Origin: an uncultured Verrucomicrobiae bacterium
Lineage (GTDB): Bacteria; Verrucomicrobiota; Verrucomicrobiia; Chthoniobacterales; Chthoniobacteraceae
DNA: 64,000 bases
Assembly: GCA_963828525.1 (NCBI GenBank)
Contig: CAWHEP010000011.1
Location: 64,001 to 128,000 of the forward strand
Direction: 5' to 3'
In this document: in pieces, positions 33,342 to 43,292 of the stretch
Numbering within the stretch: the first letter of the stretch is position 1
How the letters are laid out: each line of letters starts with the position of its first letter
Notes under the pieces: generated by a model
The model's database searches: none
The model's input: the letters and a program-made list of their open reading frames with translations, nothing else
What the model was told of the DNA's origin: nothing
Position numbers and translations under genes: made by a program

Positions 33342-34324
33342 ACCCAGCGCCGGTTTCTTTCCCGGTTGTTGGCTCGCTTTCCGCGTTCTGGCCTTTCGTA
33401 GAACCGCTCCTAAGGATCATCGCTCCGCGCCGCGTTTGCGAAATCGGCGTCGATAACGGTTTTTTTTCAAGACAGTTGCTTGATTACTGCGCCAGAAAGG
33501 AGTGCGCGTACTTTGGAATCGATCCGGAGCCGAGTGACGCCGCGCGTCAATGCGTCGATGAATTTGGAAACGCGGGCTGTTTGTTGAAGGGATACTCCCT
33601 TGAGGTTCTGCCCGAGCTGGAATTGTGTGACATTTACTTCGTGGACGGAGACCACAATTACTACACGGTCCTTCACGAACTTCGCGCGATTTCCGCGCGC
33701 GCGGCTCAGGACGAGCGCCCGTTTCCCGTGGTGTTCCTGCACGATGCGGGATGGCCTTGGGCGAGACGCGACATGTATTATGCTCCCTCGCGCGTCCCGG
33801 AGCAGTTCCGTCAACCCTCTTCCGACAGCCTTGGAGTTGACTTGAACCAGGACGAGTTGATTGACGGCGGTCTGCGCGAAGTGGGGCGCTATTCGATTGC
33901 GCTCAAAGCGGGAGGCGCAAAAAACGGCGTCCTGACCGCGATCGAGGATTTCGTGGCAGAGTCCGCCACGGCCGGACGCGTGTGGGAGATGGCTGTCGTG
34001 CCCGCTGCCTTCGGGCTTGCCATCCTCTATCTCCCTGAATCTCTGCCGCAAGCTGCTCTTGGGGCCGTGCGTGACCTGCGATCGATGGATTCTCGCGCAG
34101 CGGGTTTTCTGCGAATTCTGGATGACAATTTCCTGAAGCTCTACCTGTCGTTTCTCAATACGAATCGCTCATTGCAAGGACTGGACAAGTGCTACAACGA
34201 GCTTGCCACCCAATACGATCTGCTGCGCGGACATTGCGCCAGCCTTGGGCGGGAATACGACTCTTTGCTGGATCACTGCCGAAAGCTTCAGGTCAGCTAC
34301 GACCATCTCGCGCAGAGCCGGTAG
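33338..34324 (+). CDS. Class I SAM-dependent methyltransferase (Methyltransf_24-like) with a C-terminal coiled coil
   Basis: 'VCEIGV..G', 'VDGDHNYY', 'LHD..WPW.RRDMYY'; heptad tail. Confidence 0.8.
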   Translation: MNPAPVSFPVVGSLSAFWPFVEPLLRIIAPRRVCEIGVDNGFFSRQLLDYCARKECAYFGIDPEPSDAARQCVDEFGNAGCLLKGYSLEVLPELELCDIYFVDGDHNYYTVLHELRAISARAAQDERPFPVVFLHDAGWPWARRDMYYAPSRVPEQFRQPSSDSLGVDLNQDELIDGGLREVGRYSIALKAGGAKNGVLTAIEDFVAESATAGRVWEMAVVPAAFGLAILYLPESLPQAALGAVRDLRSMDSRAAGFLRILDDNFLKLYLSFLNTNRSLQGLDKCYNELATQYDLLRGHCASLGREYDSLLDHCRKLQVSYDHLAQSR

Positions 34325-34444
34325 GCAGCGAATACATATTCTCTCAGGCTGCGCATTCTGATACTGATGTGTCGGGCGAGCAGTCTTGCCCCGTACAAAC
34401 ATGGAGAAGGGATCAACCTCAATGAACCTGGGATGCAAGTGACG

Positions 34445-36244
34445 ATGGAAACAAACGTTCCGACTCTGCATGGCGGCCTCCTTGCCTGGATCAGTGAGAT
34501 CACGGAACTTTGCCAGCCGGCCCACGTGCAATGGTGTGATGGCTCGCAGAAGGAGTACGACCTTCTTTGCGAGGCCATGGTGGCAACCGGCACTTTCACG
34601 AAGCTGAACCCGGAGAAGCGTCCGAACAGTTATCTCTGCCTTTCCGATCCCACTGATGTAGCGCGGGTGGAGGATCGCACCTACATCTGTTCCCGCCGGA
34701 AGCAGGACGCCGGGCCGACCAATAACTGGGCAGACCCGGTGGCGATGAAGCAAACCTTGCGTGAGTGCTTCAAGGGGTGCATGCGCGGCAGGACGATGTA
34801 TGTAGTGCCGTTTAGCATGGGCCCTCTAGGCTCGCCCATGTCTCACATAGGCATCGAGCTCACCGATTCCCCTTATGTCGCCGTCAGCATGCGGATTATG
34901 ACCCGCATGGGCAAACATGTCCTGGACGCCTTGGGAGCAGAATCTCCCTTCGTCCCGTGTCTGCACTCTGTCGGGAAGCCGATTCTTTCGGGCGAGAAAG
35001 ACGTTCCCTGGCCGTGCAATCGTGACGTAAAGTACATTGCTCATTTTCCGACTGAGCGCTCCATCTGGTCGTTTGGAAGCGGGTACGGCGGAAACGCGCT
35101 TCTGGGAAAGAAGTGTTTTGCTCTGCGCATCGCCTCTTGCATGGCGCGCGACGAGGGGTGGATGGCCGAGCACATGCTCATCGTGGGAGTCGAAGATCCC
35201 GCGGGCCAGAAAACCTACGTTGCTGGAGCTTTTCCCAGCTCTTGCGGGAAGACCAATCTCTCGATGCTCATACCCCCGCCCAGCTTGCCCGGCTGGAAGG
35301 TTACAACGGTGGGAGACGACATAGCCTGGATAAAGCCGGGCAAGGGCGGCCGCTTGCATGCCATAAACCCGGAAGCCGGCTATTTCGGAGTTGCTCCCGG
35401 CACCTCCGTGAAGTCGAACAACAACGCGATGGCATGCATCCGGAAGGACACGATTTTTACCAATGTGGCCCTCACTCCGGATGGAGACGTCTGGTGGGAA
35501 GGGATGACGGATGAACCTCCGCCTATGCTCACAAGCTGGCTTGGTGAAGCATGGACTCCAGATTGCGGGAAGCTGGCGGCTCATCCCAACGCGCGCTTCA
35601 CGGCTCCCATGACCAATAATCCCGCGTTGGACCCGGCGGTGGAAGACCCGGAGGGGGTACCGCTGCACGCCTTCATTTTTGGAGGACGCCGCGCAACCAC
35701 TTTGCCGCTGGTGTTCCAGGCATTCAATTGGGCGCATGGTGTCTTTATCGGCGCGACCATGGGGTCAGAAATGACCGCTGCTGCTGTGGGAGGAAAGGGA
35801 CAAGTCCGCCGGGACCCAATGGCCATGCTTCCTTTTTGCGGATACCACATGGCCGACTATTTCCGGCATTGGCTTGAAATGGCGGACTACATCAAATATC
35901 TGCCCCGGATCTTCCATGTGAACTGGTTCAGAAAGGGCGAGAATGGCAAGTTTCTATGGCCGGGCTTTGGGGAAAACATGCGGGTTCTTAAGTGGATTGT
36001 GGAACGCTGCCGCGGCCATGCCGACGCAAATGAGACCGCGCTGGGATGGGTTCCCGGGGCGCGCTCTTTCGATCTGACGGGCATGGCAGGCTACCCTGTC
36101 GAGAATCTCGAAAAGCTCCAGAACATCGATGCTCAGGAATGGCGGAGAGAGCTGATCTCGCAAGACGAATTGTTCATCAGCCTCTACTCAAATCTGCCTA
36201 AAGAACTAATTTTCCAGCGGGAATTGCTGATCGCCAGATTGTAA
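34445..36244 (+). CDS. pckG: Phosphoenolpyruvate carboxykinase (GTP)
   Basis: '[18 protein letters not shown]', '[10 protein letters not shown]', 'VGDDIAW', '[11 protein letters not shown]'. Confidence 0.97.
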   Translation: METNVPTLHGGLLAWISEITELCQPAHVQWCDGSQKEYDLLCEAMVATGTFTKLNPEKRPNSYLCLSDPTDVARVEDRTYICSRRKQDAGPTNNWADPVAMKQTLRECFKGCMRGRTMYVVPFSMGPLGSPMSHIGIELTDSPYVAVSMRIMTRMGKHVLDALGAESPFVPCLHSVGKPILSGEKDVPWPCNRDVKYIAHFPTERSIWSFGSGYGGNALLGKKCFALRIASCMARDEGWMAEHMLIVGVEDPAGQKTYVAGAFPSSCGKTNLSMLIPPPSLPGWKVTTVGDDIAWIKPGKGGRLHAINPEAGYFGVAPGTSVKSNNNAMACIRKDTIFTNVALTPDGDVWWEGMTDEPPPMLTSWLGEAWTPDCGKLAAHPNARFTAPMTNNPALDPAVEDPEGVPLHAFIFGGRRATTLPLVFQAFNWAHGVFIGATMGSEMTAAAVGGKGQVRRDPMAMLPFCGYHMADYFRHWLEMADYIKYLPRIFHVNWFRKGENGKFLWPGFGENMRVLKWIVERCRGHADANETALGWVPGARSFDLTGMAGYPVENLEKLQNIDAQEWRRELISQDELFISLYSNLPKELIFQRELLIARL

Positions 36245-36245
36245 A

Positions 36246-38178
36246 GTGCGCGTTCTCGATTGCCCCCAGTGCGGAGCGCCGGTTAATTTCCGGGCTTCCA
36301 CCACCGTGTTCGTCGTGTGCGAGCACTGCCGATCCATGGTGGTGCTCCGAGGCGAGAACACTGAGTCCCCCGGTGAGATGGCGGCTTTGCCCCCTGACCT
36401 CACGCCGTTCAAAGTGGGCGCGAAGGGAGAGTGGAAGGGGAAGGCATTCGAGATTGTCGGGCGTGTCCGTGTCGGGTGGGAGCAGGGAAGCTGGAATGAG
36501 TGGTGCATCTCCATGCAAGGAGGCGAGCTTGGCTGGCTGGCGGAAGCCCAGGGCCTCCTTATGGTCAGCTTCGAGGCGGTTCCGCCGGAGCAGATTCCGG
36601 CTGATCCCAGCGACTATGCCGAGGAAGCCAAGCTGGATTTGATGCGCAAGCGCTGGTCGGTGGACGGCGTGAAGCGCTGTGTCTGCCTCGCGGCAGAGGG
36701 CGAGCTTCCGTTCACCGCCGTGCCCGGATCGCCGCGGGTGAGCGTTGATCTTTCCCGCAAATCGGGAGAATTCGCGAGCATTGAACTCTCCGAGACTGCC
36801 CCAGAATTCTATTCAGGTGAGTTCTCAAAGTTCAACGATCTGCGACTCCGTGAGCTGCGTCCGGTGCCCGGTTGGGATGCTGAGGTAGCCGAGGAGAAGA
36901 ACCAGACATCCTCGCTCACGTGTCCTTCCTGCGGATCGGCGGTCGAATTGAGAGCTGCAGGCCAGTCTATGTCGGCGGTGTGTGGTTCCTGTGGTTCTGT
37001 CATCGATACGGCCACGCCGGAATTTGCCATCATTGAGAAAGCCGAGCAGGTCGCCCGCCGGGTTCGCCCGCTCATCCCTCTGGGAGCACGAGGAAAGCTG
37101 AGCGGAGTAGAGTATGAAGTCATCGGGTACATGGATCGCAGCGACGAAAGTTCGCAATGGGGCGAATACCTTCTCTTCAACCCGTGGCAAGGTTTTACCT
37201 GGCTCGTTTACTATGGCGGACACTGGAATTTCGTTACGCGCCTGAACCACGTGGATGACCGTGGCAGCACGAATCTCTCCTATGAGGGTATCGACTATAA
37301 GCTATTTTCGTCTGGCAAGGCGCGCGTCGTCGATGTCATCGGGGAGTTCTACTGGAAAGTGAAACGGGGCGAGCTGGCGAATACATACGACTACGTTTCG
37401 CCACCCTATATGCTCTCGAAGGAAGTGTACCCGGAGCTCGCAGAAGTGACCTGGTCGCTGGGGAAGTATATTCCCGGGGCAGAGATTCAGAGTGCCTTTG
37501 GCCTAAAGGATCTTCCGCCACCGGAAGGCATCTACCCCGACCAGCCAAGCCCTGGCCGTGTCACAGGGTCTTCCGTTTGGAGACTCGTTCTTTGGGCGGT
37601 CCTCGCGCTATTTTGTGTCGAATATGGCTGCTCGGTGATGAATCCAGAGAAGGTGATAAACTCAAGCGGCTTTGTCTTTCGGCGGCGAGCTGTGGCGCCT
37701 CGACAGGTTGCCGGAACGCCTGCGGAGCCTGTTGAGATACTCTCAACCTCGCGCTTTCAGGTGAGTGGAGGCGGCAGACTGGTGGTGAAGGCCGAGGCGG
37801 GCGTGGATAATAGCTGGCTGGATCTAGACCTGAATTTGGTGAATGCGGTAACCAACGCCACCACAAGCGCGGAGCTGGAGGTCAGCTACTACTACGGCAA
37901 TGATTCGGGTTACTGGAGTGAAGGCTCCAAAACAGCTTCTGTGTCGTTCCCGAACGTCACTCCCGGTGAATATTTCCTCACGATTGATCCGGCTGCCGAC
38001 GCGAAAATTGAAACCCTTCCTTTTACTCTCGTGGTGCAACAGGGAGGACTGTTCCTGTCGAACTTCTTCATAAGCCTCGGGATGATCCTGCTATACCCGG
38101 GCTTTCTCCTTCATGCGAGCCACGCGCTTTGAGCAGGCTCGATGGGCGGAGAGTGACACGGTCTACCCTGCTTCGTGA
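36246..38178 (+). CDS. DUF4178 domain protein (two Zn-ribbon + DUF4178 modules, C-terminal TMs; apparent frameshift near 38115)
   Basis: 'CPQCGA...CEHC', 'CPSCG...CGSC', 'W.EY.L...WL', 'GEFYW'; shifted tail 'FEQARWAESD'. Confidence 0.85.
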
Positions 38179-38330
38179 TGATGAGATTGCCATTTTATCT
38201 CATCGTATGCATCGCGTCGGTGTCCTACCTGGTGCTTGCAAACACCCACGGGTGGGATCCCGTGGCTTTTTCTCAACGCGCGTCGCAGGGCGGGAGCGGC
38301 GGATTTTACGGCGGCGTGCATCATAAATGA
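38178..38330 (+). CDS. Unannotated 50-aa protein: TM/signal helix plus Gly-rich tail ending HHK
   Basis: MMRLPFYLIVCIASVSYLVLANTHGWDPVAFSQRASQGGSGGFYGGVHHK; ATG overlaps the upstream stop (TGATG). Confidence 0.7.
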   Translation: MMRLPFYLIVCIASVSYLVLANTHGWDPVAFSQRASQGGSGGFYGGVHHK

Positions 38331-38364
38331 ATAGCTCCGCCTGTATGATCCAGCCGCCCGCGTC

Positions 38365-39938
38365 GTGACCATTCCGGCTCCGGCGCCGGGCGGGTCTCCC
38401 CGCCGGCACCCCCCGCGCGCGGTCGCGGGACGCTTCGTTCCGCGTTCTGTTGCTCGCGTCTGTTTTCACGATCGCCACATGCGGGCTCGTTTACGAACTC
38501 GTTGCGGGCACAATAGCGAGCTACCTGCTGGGAGATTCGGTCACCCAGTTTTCCACCGTGATAGGCGTTTACCTTTTCGCGATGGGGATAGGATCGTGGC
38601 TTTCGCGCTACGTGGAGGGCAATCTCTTGAGGACTTTCATACAGGTGGAGTTCCTCATCGCGCTTTTCGGCGGGTCGTCCGCCGCGATGTTTTTCGCTCT
38701 GTTCCCTTACATCAGCTCCTTTCGCGCGCTGCTTTATGGCGATGTGCTGCTGATAGGAACCCTGGTCGGCCTTGAGGTTCCGTTGCTTCTGCGGATTCTC
38801 AAAGATCGGCTGAACTTCAAGGATCTGATTTCCAGGGTTTTTACTTTCGACTATATAGGCGCGCTCATCGCATCGCTGTTGTTCCCCCTGGTGTTGGTGC
38901 CTTATTGCGGCATCGCGCGATCCGGTTTCCTGTTCGGCATTTTGAACGCGGTCGTGGGACTCGTCGCCCTCTGGGTGCTTTGGGATGAAGTATCGAGGCC
39001 GGGCGCATTGCGTGTCGCGGGCATCGCGACGCTCGTGTTGCTGGGGATCGGGTTCGTTTACTCTGAACGGATGGTGACTTTTTCGGAGTCGGCCGCCTAT
39101 GGCGAGGATATCGTTTTTTCGAAGTCCACCCCTTATCAGCGCATCACACTCACGCGGAGGGCTGATGACATACGGTTGTACCTGAACGGCAATCTGCAAT
39201 TCAGCTCCCGGGATGAGTACCGCTACCACGAAGTGCTGGTGCATCCCGGTCTTGCCCTCTTTCCGCGCGCCCGGAGGGTGCTGGTGCTGGGCGGTGGCGA
39301 TGGTCTCGCGGTTCGCGAGATACTGCGCTACCCCAGGATAGAGAGCATCACGCTGGTGGATCTCAGATCCCGCCATGACTCGACTCTTTTCAACCCAGGA
39401 GATTTTAGCTTCTTTGAACGGCGGGTCGTTCAAATCACCGCGTGTCCATGTCATCAATGCCGATGCCTTTTCGTGGCTGCAGGAAAATCGGGAGACGTTC
39501 GACTTCATCATAGCGGACTTCCCGGACCCCTCGAATTTCTCGGTTGGCAAGTTATTCTCCACCGCCTTTTACCGTCGCGCCCGGACTGCCATGGCGGAGG
39601 AGGGAGCAATGGTTATTCAATGCACATCGCCGTTTGTTGCCAGAAAGGCATTCTGGTGCGTGGACGCCACCCTGCGTGCATGCGGCTTCGTTACGCGTCC
39701 CTACCACGCGTATGTCCCTTCTTTCGGGGAATGGGGATTCATCCTCGCCTCCGCGCGACCGCTTCCGGAAGAGTGGTCTCTCCCGGATGGGCTGCGTTTC
39801 CTTAACAATGCGAATATATCCGCTTTGTCGGAGTTCCCTCCCGACATGGATCGTGTGCCTGTGGACACCAACCGGCTGAACAATCAGGCGCTCGTCCGCT
39901 ATTTCGAGGAAGAGTGGGGTCGGTATTCGCGTCAATGA
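38365..39938 (+). CDS. Membrane-bound polyamine aminopropyltransferase (spermidine-synthase-like; apparent frameshifts near 38400 and 39365)
   Basis: ~7 TM N-terminus; 'YLNGNLQF...DEYRYHE', 'LVLGGGDGL', 'DFPDP'. Confidence 0.88.
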
Positions 39939-41525
39939 GAGCCACGCGGAGGCAGTTTATCGCGACAGCGGCGGCGGGGGCAGGCGCGCTGCTCGCGGGA
40001 TGCCGAGGACACCGGCGAATTCCCGGGCAGATCGTCGGAGCTTCAGTAGCCGCTGGCCATCGTCTGCGAGACGGAACATTCCCGCCACCGTCCAGGACGA
40101 TCGAAACAGGATTTGTCGTAGCGGGCGCGGGCATCGCCGGTCTCTCGGCGGCGCGCAGGCTGGATCAAAGGGGCGCGCGCGATCTTCTGTTGCTCGACCT
40201 GGAGAACGCGCCCGGCGGAAACGCCGCGTCTGGGATCAACTCAGTATCCGCCTACCCGTGGGGAGCGCATTACGTGCCTCTTGTGAATGACGAGACTACC
40301 GAGGTTATGCGACTCTTTGAGGAGTTGGGAATCATAGAAGGCCGGGATTCCGCGGGGTTGCCTATTTACAACGAAGAGTTCCTTTGCAGCGACCCAATGG
40401 AGAGACTTTTCGACTGCGGCTGCTGGCAGGAAGGTCTCCTGCCGCAAATCGGAATAGCCGATTCCGACCGTCTGCAATACGCGTCCTTTTTCAAGCGCAT
40501 GGACGGGTATCGCGATGCCCGCGATTCAGCCGGTCGGCCCGCGTTCGCCATCCCTGTCGACCTGAGTTCCCGTGATCCGGAGTTTGTGGCCCTGGATCAA
40601 CTATCCATGGCGCAATGGATGGCGCGTGAAGGTTGGGACTCGAAGCCGCTGCTGTGGCATGTCAATTACTGTTGCCGCGATGACTACGGGGCTGGCATGG
40701 CGCGTATTTCCGCATGGGCAGGAGTGCATTATTTCGCGTCCAGAAGAGGGAGAGCCGCAAACGCGGATAGGGACGCGGTGGTTACCTGGCCGGAGGGGAA
40801 CGGATGGCTTGTCCGTCAAATATCGGCGCCATTGGCATCGCGAACACGTATCGGATGTATCGTATGGAACATGCAGAAGCTCGGGGGCGGCGTTGCCATT
40901 GATTATTTCGATATGACTGAGGAGCGCACGACGCGGGTACTGGCGAAAGGGGCCGTCTGCGCCATGCCGAGATTCGTCGCCTCTCGCGTTGCGCGCGGCG
41001 TGGCGGCTGCGCCTGGCTTGCAATACTCGCCATGGATGGTAGCGAACGTCACTGTGAAGTCAGCGCCAGCGGGACTGGGAGCGCCGCTCGCGTGGGACAA
41101 TGTATCAACGGGAAGTGATTCACTGGGATACGTCGTTGCCACCCATCAGCAAATTCGTCGGTTCACCCCTCCTGAGACCGTGCTCACGCATTATTGGCCG
41201 CTGGATGGCATGGAGCCAGCCGAAGAGCGGATGCTGGCGCTGGCTCGCAACCACGCGGCCTGGCGCGACATGATTATTGCCGATCTCGCGAGGTACTCAT
41301 CCTGGGATTGAGAGCGAAATTGCAAATGTCGATGTGTGGGTCTGGGGACACGGCATGATCCGGCCTGTCCCCGGATTCATCTGGGGATCTGTACGAGCGC
41401 AAATGCTAAATCAACAAGGCCGCATTGCGTTCGCCCACTCCGATATGAGCGGAATTTCCATTTTCGAAGAGGCGTTTACGCGCGGGCTCCAGGCGGCGGA
41501 TTCCATCCTTGCCGCTGTATCGTGA
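39935..41525 (+). CDS. FAD-dependent (amine) oxidoreductase with a Tat/lipoprotein-like signal (apparent frameshift near 41290)
   Basis: 'TRRQF...LLAGC'; 'GAGIAGLSAA'; 'YPWGAHY'; 'WGHGM..P'; 'SIFEEA'. Confidence 0.85.
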
Positions 41526-41543
41526 AAGGGCTGTGATTCGAGA

Positions 41544-41915
41544 ATGATGCCGCTTGCGCGACACACCCTGCTGGAACTCCACGGCTGCGATACGGCAGTC
41601 CTAAACGCGCCCGAAGAGTTGAAGAGGCTTCTTCTTGAAGCGGCGCGAAAGGGAAACGGGACCGTTGTCACGGAGGTCTTCCATACATTCAGCCCGCATG
41701 GCGTGAGCGGAGTGGTGGTGATCGCCGAATCACACCTGGCGGTTCACACATGGCCCGAGCATGGCTACGCGGCGGTGGATATCTTCTCCTGCGGGGTCAA
41801 ACTTGACCACGAAGTGATCCGCGACGTTCTTCGCGCCGGGCTAAAGGTTACGAGTTTTGAAAGCCGGGAATTTGCGAGGGGACGTGTTGCGGAGGCTCTG
41901 AATCAAGCTCCATGA
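41544..41915 (+). CDS. speD: S-adenosylmethionine decarboxylase proenzyme (class 1B)
   Basis: 'FSPHGVSGVVVIAESHLAVHTWPE..YAAVDIFSCG'. Confidence 0.93.
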   Translation: MMPLARHTLLELHGCDTAVLNAPEELKRLLLEAARKGNGTVVTEVFHTFSPHGVSGVVVIAESHLAVHTWPEHGYAAVDIFSCGVKLDHEVIRDVLRAGLKVTSFESREFARGRVAEALNQAP

Positions 41916-43177
41916 GAGAGCTTTGGGGTCAATAAACGCAAAAGCATCAGAACCAGGAACAGGCTGGCGGGCAATAGGACGGGAAACCAGACGAACCAGT
42001 TGGCGAATACTGTCATGCTGATGAGCAGGTAGAAAATGAAAGCCAGGAGGGACGAGAGGATGATTCTCTCCAAACTCCACCGCATGACGAAGTAGCCCGC
42101 CACTGTCATGAGGAGGATGAGGGCTACATCGAAAACAGGAGAGACCCTGTGGATGAACGCCTTGTTCAAGATGGTGGCGATACCGTCCGCGAAAAGTTCT
42201 CCGGACGAGCCATCCCTGCGTGAGGGAAAGCGCAATGTCTGGGAGGCCTTATCTGTCCGCGCGAGAAGGACGATCTTGCCCTTGAGAGCGGCGGCTGGAA
42301 CGACCGGGGGCCGCCCGTTCCTAACCTGTTCGACGGCGAGGAGCAGATCGTCAAACCCAAACCGGGTGAGGGGAGCGCCAAAATCGACGCGCATCGCGCC
42401 CGTCGCGTCGATTGGGATCGTGAGCCGGTTGCCGAGCGAGATGGTTGAACCCAGATCCACCGTCACATCGTCGGTCGTAAGGCCCAGATAGAGCATCACG
42501 GCTTGCAACGCGAAAGAGGGAACTACTTCACCTTGGTAGCTGAATACGAGGGGCATCGTCCGCGTCACCCCGGGGCGGGCCGGCAGATTCACGAACCCGA
42601 GGGCCAGCATGGGCGCGGACCGATACTCCTCCTTTGGTTGATCCTCAATCGCGGTGTAGTGAGTGACGCGGCTGACATCCCCGCGCACCCCGCGGAAGAA
42701 AGGCGCTGGCTGCAGCGGAGGCACCACGTCGGGATCGAGGGGGAACCCGAGTTGAGAACCGAGCACTATGCTTTTGGCGCGCAGAATGTATTCGTCCAGC
42801 GAACGCTCGTATTGCGCCTGGCGCGATTGCCCCTTTGATTTTGATTGATTGTCCCAGTTCAGAACCGGCTCAATCGCGATTACTTTTGGTTCGAACTCTG
42901 TGACGGCTTGGAGGAATAGAGCAAAATCCAGTGGAGACCACGGCCACGCGTGCTTGTCTTCCAGGCTGCTGTCATTTACCTCCGTGAGGATGCAGGGTGG
43001 CGAGGGGAGATTGCGCGCGGTATTCGCCGCGAGCCAATCCACGAATACCTTGTCCACTTCATCCGTGGGCGCGAGGCGCGACTCACGCATCACGAAAAAC
43101 CCGGTGATCAGCACGAGAACCATGAGCTGAGCCGGAATCCTTCGCATTCGCGCGAAGGTAAAAACAATTCGACTCAA
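41903..43177 (-). CDS. CHASE2 domain membrane protein without an output domain
   Basis: 'WPWS...A.FL', 'VPSFALQAV', 'LKGKIVL', three C-terminal TMs then stop. Confidence 0.7.
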   Translation of the reverse strand: MSRIVFTFARMRRIPAQLMVLVLITGFFVMRESRLAPTDEVDKVFVDWLAANTARNLPSPPCILTEVNDSSLEDKHAWPWSPLDFALFLQAVTEFEPKVIAIEPVLNWDNQSKSKGQSRQAQYERSLDEYILRAKSIVLGSQLGFPLDPDVVPPLQPAPFFRGVRGDVSRVTHYTAIEDQPKEEYRSAPMLALGFVNLPARPGVTRTMPLVFSYQGEVVPSFALQAVMLYLGLTTDDVTVDLGSTISLGNRLTIPIDATGAMRVDFGAPLTRFGFDDLLLAVEQVRNGRPPVVPAAALKGKIVLLARTDKASQTLRFPSRRDGSSGELFADGIATILNKAFIHRVSPVFDVALILLMTVAGYFVMRWSLERIILSSLLAFIFYLLISMTVFANWFVWFPVLLPASLFLVLMLLRLLTPKLSHGA

Positions 43178-43292
43178 CTCAAAGAAGAAAAGTCACTGCC
43201 TGTCCCCGAACGCCCAGGGCGGAGCGCCCCGGACAAAATCACTTTCCTCGGAAAAGGCTTAACTTATGCCGTTTTATCCCTTACATGCCTGA

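Noticed and set aside
38327..38368. ATG in frame with the aminopropyltransferase with an intervening TGA (readthrough or selenocysteine?)
   Set aside because: Falls in a non-conserved low-complexity N-terminus; GTG 38365 plus one homopolymer indel is simpler
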